Source: Camelus dromedarius
Lineage: Eukaryota
NCBI RefSeq assembly: GCF_036321535.1
Contig: NC_087436.1
Coordinates: 62,932,001-62,996,000, forward strand
Direction: 5' to 3'
DNA: 64,000 nt
A model generated the notes under the pieces. It made no database searches, was not told the origin of the DNA, and saw only the letters and a program-made list of their open reading frames with translations. Shown in pieces: positions 54,674 to 64,000 of this stretch. Both the position numbers and the translations under genes were made by a program. Every line of letters begins with the position of its first letter. Position 1 is the stretch's first letter.

Positions 54674-55200
54674 AGAAGTGTACTGCTTATTTTTCAAATA
54701 ACTGTTTTTCCTAGATATTTTATTAATTTCTTACTTATTATGCTTTTGATTAGAGAATGTACTCTCTATGATTTCAAACCTTCTAAATTTATCGAGACTT
54801 GATTTATTGCCCATCATATATTCTATCTTGGTGAATGTTTCTTAAATACTTGGGAAAATGTATATTTTGGAGCTATTTGATTATAAACCCCAAAGACTTA
54901 ATTCTTCTTCTTTTTAAAATTCTTCTATATACTTACTGATACCTTGAGATATTTATTCAATAAAATAATGATAGAGGGATGTTAGACTATCTTTAGTTTT
55001 TGGATTTGTCTCTTCTCTCTTTAGTTACATCAACTTTCACTAATATATTTTGAAGTCTATTTTTAAGAGCATATACAATTAAGATTCTTTTGTCTTATGG
55101 GTGAATTAATTATTTTATCATTATAAAATGTTCCTTTTATCCCTGGTTTTGATCCTTCCTCTGAAGTCTACTTTAGTTGATATTCACATTAGATTTCTTT
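54674..55200 (-). mobile_element. old L1 ORF2 endonuclease-region fragment
   Basis: TATGATTTCAA..AAATTTATCGAGACTTG..TCTATCTTGGTGAATGTT; TTTTATCATTATAAAATGTTCCTTTTATCCCTGG; CTGAAGTCTACTTT. Confidence 0.8.
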
Positions 55201-55819
55201 CACTTCTATACCCTCAGTCTTCTCCTTCCAGCCAGATAGATTAATAAGAACTAGAGTTATACTTTTTTCCTCAAACAACTAAAAATGTTGAGCAGAGACA
55301 CCTACCAGTGGTTTTCAGACAGTGAACATTAGAGAGTATAGAACAATGACCACTGAAAGAGGGGAAATAAGGATTTGGATCCTATGATTGATCAATCTCA
55401 CTGACTTTTCTGGCAAAAGGATAATTTTCCAAGGTTGAATTAATGGAAGTATATTCACAAACCAAGCATGTAGACTTAGTACATTGCAAAGATATTAATT
55501 TTTCTCCACAAAAATATCAAAATGAATCAAATTATTGAAAAATATTTGAAATCAAATGATAGACAGCAAAGGTTAAATATCTATCTGTAAAGAGCTCTTT
55601 TATTCAACAAACATTTAGTTAGAGTGTTCTAATTTCTAGGCAATAGGCACTAAAGGTGGGAGGTAGAACACCAAAGGGAATGGTTAATGTCATCAAGGAG
55701 GTTGTACATATATAAGACTATATACTGATTAGAACACATTAATATATTAATAGAGGACAAAGAACAATTAATAAAAAAATAAAATTATAAGGAATCCTGT
55801 CAAAGTAGCTGGTAATCAA

Positions 55820-56322
55820 AATGTTGGCTTCTGTTGTCTAACATTCTAACAACTAAAAATAATAATTTTATTTAGCTTGTAATTCTGTAGATTGGCTGAA
55901 CAGTTCTGATCTAGGTTGGTTTGGTGATCCCTGAGGGCTCTTTCATGCTTCTGTGGTTATTAGCTAACAGACTGGCTGGTGGCTGGATGATTCTAAATAG
56001 TCTCGCAGTTGGTTAGGTATCTGCTGGGCTGTCTCAGTTCTCTATATGGCCTCTCATCCTCCACCAGATTAACTTGGTTCCTTCATACAGTGACCTTACA
56101 GATTCAAGCCCACTGAAAGAATGAGCCTCAATGTGCAAACAGTTGCCAAGACTACTTGCATCATTTTGCCTAATGTTGCATTGGCCGAAGAAGGCACATG
56201 ACCAAGACAGATTCATAAGGTAAAGAAACAGTCTACTTCTTGCTGGGAAGACATGCACCTTCAGATTACAGGAATATGGCTAAAGGGGGGGGGTTGTGAC
56301 CATTTCTTACAATGTTCTGCAC
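55820..56322 (-). mobile_element. MaLR LTR (MLT1G/H-like)
   Basis: TCAGTTCTCTATATGGCCTCTCATCCTCCA..; CATTGGCCGAAG..CACATGACCAAG..; CTACTTCTTGCTGGGAAG. Confidence 0.75.
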
Positions 56323-56487
56323 AAAGATTTACTAAGAGGACACAGTGCCATTTTTATCTGTTAATTTAGGAGATAAAGAAGTAAAATCATTCAGTGTTGT
56401 CAAGTATATGGTGAATTAAACTTCAATGTCTTTCAAATATCTCTATCATTGCATCTGGCTTCTAATTTTATAATTCTTTTATCTTTT

Positions 56488-56604
56488 AGACAGTGAGCTC
56501 TCTGAAATAAAAGGAAATATGTTATATTTGCCTTGCTTTCTTAATATATAGCTCCAAATCTTGGCATAGGTTAAGTGCTCAAATGTTTACAAAAAGAATG
56601 AATC
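56488..56604 (+). mobile_element. L2 3' end
   Basis: TAGACAGTGAGCTC..TGGCATAGGTTAAGTGCTCAAATG..GAATGAAT. Confidence 0.65.
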
Positions 56605-57240
56605 ATTCCTCAAAAATCTAAACACAGAATTAACATATGATCTAGAATAAATGAAAATATAATAAAATAAAAATAAATAAATATACGACCCAGAAATTCC
56701 ACTCCTAGGCATATGCTCAAAGAATGTGAAAGTGAGTGTGTTAGTTTGCTCAGGCTGTCAAAACAAAATACCATAGATGGTGTAAACAACAGACGTCTAT
56801 TTTTTCTTAGTTCTGGAAGCTAGAGGTTGAGATCAACGTGTTAGCAGTGTTGATTTCTTCTGAGGCCAACTCTTTGACTTGTGGATCCCACGTTCTCCCT
56901 CCATCGACATATGTCTTCCCTCTACCACTGGATCTGTGTCCTCATTTCCTCTTTTTACAGGAACACTGATCATAATGGATCAGGTCCCCACCCTAATGAC
57001 CTTATGAACCTACTTACCTCTTTAAAGACCCTATCTCCAAATACAGTCACATTCTAAGGTACTGGGTTTTAGGACTTCAACATAGATTTTGAGGAAACAC
57101 AATTCAGCCCGTAACAGTAGATTCAAACAGATATTCTTGTATGTTTATTATAGCTTTATTCACAATAGCCAAAAAGGGGAACCAACTAAAGAGTCCACCA
57201 AATAAATGGATAAACAAAGTATGGTATAAAATGCAGTTGC
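56605..57240 (+). mobile_element. old L1 ORF2 C-terminal fragment split by an MLT1A insertion
   Basis: TTCCTCAAAAATCTAAACACAGAATT..ATTCCACTCCTAGG lies on the left. ATGTTTATTATAGCTTTATTCACAATAGCCAAAA..ATGGATAAACAAA lies on the right (ORF MFIIALFTIAK). Confidence 0.85.
56737..57116 (-). mobile_element. MaLR solo LTR (MLT1A-like)
   Basis: TGTGTTAGTTTGCTCAGGCTG..; AAAGACCCTATCTCCAAATACAGTCACATTCT..GGACTTCAACATA..ACACAATTCAGCCCGTAACA. Confidence 0.92.
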
Positions 57241-58959
57241 TTGTTAATTGTGAAATATTAAAAAACGGAAATAGTGTAAATAACCAGAACAAAAGGAATA
57301 ATGAAACTATAGTGCATCAAATCTACAAAATATCAGTCTTAAAAGAATGTAAATAGAAAGAATATGGATCACCTCATAATATTTCTCTGATAAAATGTAC
57401 ATGTACACCAGAATATGAAAATTAGAAAAATTAGATACAAAATTAAAGAAAAAAATAAATAGGACTACTCTTTTGCATTTTAAAATACTGTTAACAGCTT
57501 CACCATTTTCTGTACTAGCTAATCAAATGTGCCCAAACTGGTATGATTCCACTTTATATCATGTACAATTTCCATCAATGACTTAATTTTACTAGTCTGT
57601 AATATGATTTTACTTTTTCTTTGGCCCATGGAATATGGGCCAACTACAAAACCAGAATGCAAAACAAAATAAATTTAAAAAAAGAACTTTATTGCTCTGA
57701 CTACATAACGGTAAGGATAAGGATTTTCATCTCTCAGGGAGAATTATCTTCTGATGTGACATATCCAGTGTTATTATCTCCAAGGAAAAATACAGATAAG
57801 GATTAAAAAGGATAAAAAATCCCAATATTCACTTCTTTCATTGCTAAGAACATTAAATTTTCAGTTTCATTGGATGAATAAGTCTTAGCAATTCATATGC
57901 AGTGTAGCAAGAAGATTTACCTGGTAAAGACTAAGTCAGAGTGAAAAGACACAGTACATTGAACAATCAGTGACTTGTTAAAAATACAAGTTCTTTGGAA
58001 TAATATTGCTGAAATACCAGAGATCTGTTAGGTCAAACTTAAGAAACAGCAGGTGGAGGAAGCTAGAAATAGCAGTATCAATTTCCATAAAGTAAAACCA
58101 CTATTCACAAATCACATAAATAAACTTTTCCTTACGATGAGGCAGTTTATAGTAACAGCCAATATTAAAGCAGCCTGGACTTTCTTTTTCCCCCTTTACT
58201 CACATTATGTGACCATTGTTAAAAGCTAGTATGTTAAGTTACAAGGCCTTTCGTTAAAGTACCAATTCAACTTGGAATTAAAAAATATATATATCCAAAC
58301 CAAAAATTCTCTACTTAAATATCACTGTCTAGATGTTTTAATCTACTTTTTTGTTCTTTTTCTCTATCAGTACTTTTTAATGAGATAGTGAATTACACAG
58401 TTCTTTCAGCACCTTTCTGAGATTAACATCATCTTATATTCATTAGATCAATAGATCAAATGAGGCACAGAAAGGTTAAGTCGTGTCTATAGTTTCAGGC
58501 TTTCTACTGACTGAGTTACAGATGAAACTTGAAACTCAGTCCCTTGGTATCTTTTGCTCTAATCAACTGACAGTAGAGAAGCATCCTTAATTAAGTTTTC
58601 ATGATGACATGAAACAACAGTTTTGATACCTACTTTAAAATGATTTCTGACAGAATAATCATGGCCTATTTAATGTCACTGTGAGACATCATTAGTAACA
58701 TTTCTCTTAATAACTTGGACACATATAAATGTAGTAAGGTTAATTACACTAGTCATGTGACTCATCTAAAGGCATCTTGGCCTACGTTTTCAATCTTCCT
58801 AAGTTTCATAAAATCTCTAAAGCTTAAGTATATTACATTTATTTGGACACTGATTTTGAATCATGAAATTATTCATGCTATTTTGCTATTTTAATCAAAA
58901 TCAGCTCTATTGCTCTCAGTTCTACAGATAGAGCACCTGAAGCTCCCTCTGTGACTAAC

Positions 58960-59230
58960 TGTAAACATGGGAGTGCTCTGGACTCCAGTCTTTCTGCTTC
59001 TCCTCTCCTGCATCCACACTCCCCATGTGCAATGTTTTATCTAACCCCGTGACTTAAAATGCTATTGTTTGTTGACAGATTCCAAATTTATTTCTTCAAT
59101 TTCTACTTTTACCACCAAACTTGTATATTAAAAGGCTCATTTTAATTACTCTTTGATAGCTAATAATTATTTCAAAAATAACATATATTAAATGGAACTC
59201 TTGGCTTTCTCTTCTACAGTTCATCTTACA
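58960..59230 (+). mobile_element. L2 fragment
   Basis: TCCACACTCCCC..GTGACTTAAAAT..GACAGATTCCAAATTTAT..CAAAAATAACAT..GAACTCTTG. Confidence 0.6.
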
Positions 59231-59738
59231 CCACGAACGAGGCACTGTGTTAATGATCATTTCAACAGAGGCAGAATGCAGCCATGCTAATATTGAAGTG
59301 ATTATTAGATATTCAGTTCAAAAAACTACCTTAAGTTAAGGATAGACAGAGATGAAACTAAGATTGAGAAATCTAAAGGACACTACCATTCCATGGGATT
59401 GTGTAAGCTTAACTGGGGAGCTGTTAACAGGAGGAAAGAGAGAAGAGATAAAGAGTTTCTTCTACTACCACATAACGTAAGACCGATCTCCATTGACTTA
59501 TACAACCAAAGAGTTAAAGCCAATGGGAAAAAAGGAAAAAGTAATGTTTTGGGAAAAGTGTAAAGTTGGGTAGAAAGTAGACACTGACAAAACAAATGAA
59601 AATTGAAACTAGGGTAGAAAGCGAGCTTCAAAAATCATCTTTTCCCTCTGAGATCTGCCAAACCCTGATGGACTTATGTGTTCCTTTATTTAGAGTTATA
59701 TGAGGTTTTGGAACAAGGAGATAAAAATAAGTGTATCT

Positions 59739-60815
59739 AAACAAAACAAAATGACAACCTACAGAATGGGAGAAAATATTTGCAAATGATGCAACTGACA
59801 AAGGTTTAATTTCCAGAATGTATAAACAGCTCATACAACTTAATAACAACAACAACAAAAAAAAAAACAATACAAAAATGGGCAGAAGACTTAAACAAGC
59901 GCTTCTCCAATGAAGACATACAAATATCAAACAGGCACATGAAAAAATACTCAATATAGCTAGTTATCAGAGAAACATAAATCAAAACTACAATGAGGTA
60001 TCACCTCACACCAGTCAGAATGGCCATCATTCAAAAGTTCAGAAACAATAAATGCTGGAGAGGGTGTGGAGAAAAGGGAACCCTCCTACATGGTTGGTGG
60101 GAATGTAGTTTGGTGCAGCCATTATAGAAAACAGTATGAAGATTCCTCAAAAGACTAAAAATAGACTTACCATATGATCCAGCAATCCCACTCTTGGGCA
60201 TACATCCAGAGGGGACTCTAGCTCGAAAAGATACACACACCCCAATGTACATAGCAGCACTATATAAAATAGTCAAGACATGGAAACAACCTAAATGTCC
60301 ATCAACAGATGACTGGATAAAGAAGTTTTGGTATATTTATACAATGGAATAGTACTCAACCATAAAAAATAATAAAATAATGCCATTTGTAGCAACATGG
60401 ATGGACCCCAGAGATTGACATTCTAAGTGAAGTAAGCCAGAGAGAGAAAGAAAAATACCATATGATATCACTCATATGTGGAATTAAAAAAAAAAGGACA
60501 CTAATGAACTCATCTACAAAACAAACAGACTGGCAGACACAAGAAATAATCTCATGGTTATCAGGGGAAAGGGAGCGGGAAGGGATAAATTTGGGAATTT
60601 GAGATTTTCAAATGTTAGCCACTATATATAAACATACATAAACCCCCCAAATTTGTTCTGTGTAGCACAGGAAGCTATATTCAGTATCTTGTAATAACCT
60701 TTAAAGAAAAAGAATATGAAAATGAATATATGTATGTATATGCATGACTGGGACACTGTGCAGTACATAAGAAATTGGCACACTGTAACTAACTGTATGT
60801 ACTTCAATAACAAAA
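59739..60815 (+). mobile_element. 5'-truncated L1 (about 1.1 kb, ORF2 3' part + 3' UTR)
   Basis: CAACCTACAGAATGGGAGAAAATATTTGCAAAT..AATCAAAACTACAATGAGGTATCACCTCACACCAGTCAGAATGGCCATCA..; artiodactyl-type 3' UTR. Imperfect TSD AAGTGTATCT/AAGTATATCT. Confidence 0.96.
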
Positions 60816-62915
60816 AAGTATATCTTACATTCAAGTTATCAAGTAGGAAATCTTTTCCAAAATATAAAACATCCTCAAATGGACAACACCTTGTGCTAGA
60901 TATAAACCTTCTATAAAAAAGAAAACTTGTATATCTCAACAATGGTACAAAGATGTGAAAAGAATCTCCCTTGATAATTAATAATTTGAAGTCTATCACT
61001 ATGTAAGTTAGGAGTTGAAGTAAGGCCACCTATGTATTCTGAAAATCATTCTGGAAATAATTAAATTATTATGTTTCTACACTAGAAGAGCTCTCAAGTA
61101 TCAGGCAGATAAAAAGACAATTTGCCTCTGGAAAAATTCAACTTTAACCCTTAGATAAAAGTCTAGGTAACATGCATGCAATGTAAATAATAATGCTAAT
61201 GCTAATAATAATACATAGAAACAATACATCACAAATGAGAGCCAGCAAATCAGACAAATAAATGCTTCAATATTGGCCTTATCTTTCACAGATAATAAAA
61301 GTGAATCCTATGTTTCATGATAGAAAAAGCTGGAAAAAAAGAAAAAAAAAAGAGCAAATAAAAATTACCAAGAGGATTTAAAAAGCATAAAATTGAGAAT
61401 AAAAACTATTATACTGAAAGTAAAAACCAAATGGATATGTTAATCATTATATTATATATACCAGAAGATAGAATTATTGAAGCTGGAAGAAAAGTTCAAA
61501 TTTTTTATCCTGAATGGATGGTAAAATAGATAGAATGTAGAAAAGAGAAAATTAAGAAAAACATTTTTTAGTGTCAGAAAGTCAAATAATATGATTTTTA
61601 AATATTAGAGTAAACCATATGAATATGCCATTTTGGGGGGCAAAAATGGTTGAATACCAATGAGGTTTTTAAAGTTAACCTTATAGAAAACCCCAAGTAA
61701 AGCACTAATTAACTTATTTAGCACTAGTAAGTGAAATTAGCAAGATTGTTGAATGCAAATCGTTACGTAACAGACAACTGTATAACTATATACAAGCAAC
61801 AGTCTGCAAGATTGTAATCAAATAAGTTATCATGTACAAATAGAAACAACACCAAAAAATACCTGAGGATAAACTTAGATTAAAAGGAACTGCTTTTTAA
61901 TGGGGAAATGTATTAAAATTTATTGAAAAGCATTAATGAATTTCAAGATAAATGGAAGGGCAAAGCCTCTGAACTGATCTCACCTTCTAAACAGGCACAC
62001 ACATACACACAGACACACACACACCACATTAACATTAAAGGGTGAGAAAATACTTTTGACTTGACTTTTATACCAGTCCCCTTGTTCCCCACTGAAAAAG
62101 GATATAGGCTCACCCCTTTAAACAATCAGTTATTAGTTTTCTTATACACTGAAGTTTACAGATACTGGAGTTTCTAAGGTTAGGTTTTAGAGAGAATATT
62201 TTAAAAAAATGAATAAGCATATGGAGAAAATAATTTTAAATTATTCAGAGTGTACTTGTTCATACATTATAGATACACATACCATGTGTTCTGAAAAACA
62301 GTTGATGATAGAAGAAAATCTCTAAAGTTTTTCTTCTTGGGAATACCCAAGATACATGGCAACTATATTAGTAAATTGCTAAGATTTCTAAGATTTTCTT
62401 CTCTTAAATTTATTTTCTGAAAGGGGTAAAAATAACCTTAATAGTTACATATCTCAACTTTTGAATTTAATATAATTTAATTGTCTTGTTTAGGGGATGC
62501 CCCTAGTTCTAAGTAATACTTGGATTTAGTTTTGACAGCCAAAAATCTGATAGGAAAAATTTATAAGCATCTGTATGATTGACTTCATGCCATCGTCTTT
62601 AAATATGGGTCACTTATAAGGTTATATTTTTTTCTATGTATTTCCTACCAGAGTGTGTAATTAGTCTATTTAAATAGACATAGTTAGCATCCCTGATGAG
62701 GCACAATGTAAAATCTGGGGTTCCATCATTTGAGCACTTAGCACTCTGTAAAATGTGATCTAATAGTCAGTTCTCTGTGAACCTACTTATTGAGCTTGAA
62801 GAATTCTCCTCAACCCTCACATGCTTCTTTGGCTTCCTTTTAAATAAGAGTCAATGTTTGCTGCACAGTGCTTTTTAAGCATGAACTCTACTCCAGCAAA
62901 ATACAGAGGTGAAGT

Positions 62916-63274
62916 TATTGGTCCCTTAGGATCCATGGGGCATTGGTTCCAGGATCCCCTGTGGATACCAAAATCCACAAATGCTCAATTCCCTCTATAA
63001 AATGGCATAGTATTTGCGTAGTATATTCATAGTAACCTAAGAATATCCTCCCATACACTTTAAATTATGTCTAGATTATCTATATAACCTAATACAATAT
63101 AAATATTATACAAGTAGTTGTAAATACCATGTAAATGCTATGTAAATAGTTGCTGGTGTGTGACAAATTCAAATTTTGCTTTTGGGAACTTTCTGGATTT
63201 TTTTTTCAAATATTTTCAATCTGTGGTTGGTTGAATCTGCAGATGTGGAACCCGTGGATACAGAGGTCCTACTG
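62916..63274 (+). mobile_element. MER2/MER2B-like TcMar-Tigger MITE
   Basis: ATTGGTTCCAGGATCCCCTGTGGATACCAAAATCCAC..ATGCTCAA..; GGTTGGTTGAATCTGCAGATGTGGAACCCGTGGATACAGAGG..ACTG. Confidence 0.92.
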
Positions 63275-63664
63275 TTTTAAGTGAAACTCTATAAAAAGTT
63301 TCCTGGCAAATGGCAATAGAGTAAAATAAATGAAGATAAAATCAATAGCCATCCCTGTCTCATGTGTGTGACACCTTGTTTATACAGAGCCCACGGCTGG
63401 GCAGCCAGGTGTGGTGGAAGCTCATCATGCCCTCTAAGTACGCGGTAACAGTTGTTGGAAAAGTTTGATGTATCTCGTCTCAAGGTTGAGAAATTCATAG
63501 AAATCATCCTTGTTTGGTTTTTCCTTATCCTTAGAAAAACATAAAATGAAAGAAAAGAAAAATGTGCCTTTTGGTCAGAAACAATATCAAACTTTTATAT
63601 AAACTTCAAATAAGATAGACAAAATAAAACGCCACTTCGAAATATAATTAATTTTTTTTACATT

Positions 63665-63882
63665 GAGATTTTTCAAAAAGGCACAATTGACATTTTGGAT
63701 TGGATAATTCTTTGTTGTAGGGGGCAGTCCTGTGCATTGTAAATGTTTACCAGCATCCCTGGCCTCAAAGACTCACTGCATGTTAGTAAAACACTCCCAG
63801 ATCCAGTGGTAATAATTGAAACTGACTATACAGATATTACCAAATGTCACTTGGAGCAAAATGCCCTCCCTTGAGAATCATG
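63665..63882. mobile_element. MER20 hAT-Charlie DNA transposon
   Basis: TTGACATTTTGGATTGGATAATTCTTTGTTGT..GTCCTGTGCATTGTA..CAGCATCCCTGGCCTC..CCAAATGTC..TTGAGAA. Confidence 0.9.
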
Positions 63883-64000
63883 GGTGTGCAATAAAGTCCA
63901 TCACATGGATTTTTTTTTTTTAACAACATAGTAATTCTGATACAATCTAGGGATTGTGGCTATACATTTAGATAGCAATTAGGAGTTTTCTGGTTTTGTA

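Noticed and set aside
337..63507. The many 60-135 aa ORFs in the six-frame track
   Set aside because: They are short and compositionally biased, often start at non-ATG codons, and mostly overlap repeats or microsatellites. Only the L1 ORF2 remnants resemble a known protein.

Overview
AT-rich, CpG-depleted mammalian non-coding DNA (a large intron or gene desert). It is most likely from a camelid, judged from three tRNA-derived SINEs of the Vic-1 type and artiodactyl-type L1 3' ends. I could not support any host protein-coding gene. The only ORFs with recognisable protein similarity are L1 ORF2 C-terminal remnants. The window is a layered transposon record: young and old L1 fragments, SINEs with target-site duplications (TSDs), three ERV1-like solo LTRs, MaLR/ERVL LTRs, MIR/L2 relics, MER2/MER20/MER58A DNA transposons, microsatellites and a 5' U6 snRNA retrofragment. 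The most notable details are an L1 3' transduction of about 93 bp (29.3-29.6 kb), an inverted segment inside an old L1 (54.3-54.7 kb), a CCAAT+TATA+CpG promoter-like patch (0.7-0.85 kb) and a motif-dense enhancer candidate (37.2-37.7 kb). I see no evidence of a novel multi-gene system. Family names come from recalled consensus sequences, not from a RepeatMasker run, and old-repeat boundaries are approximate.
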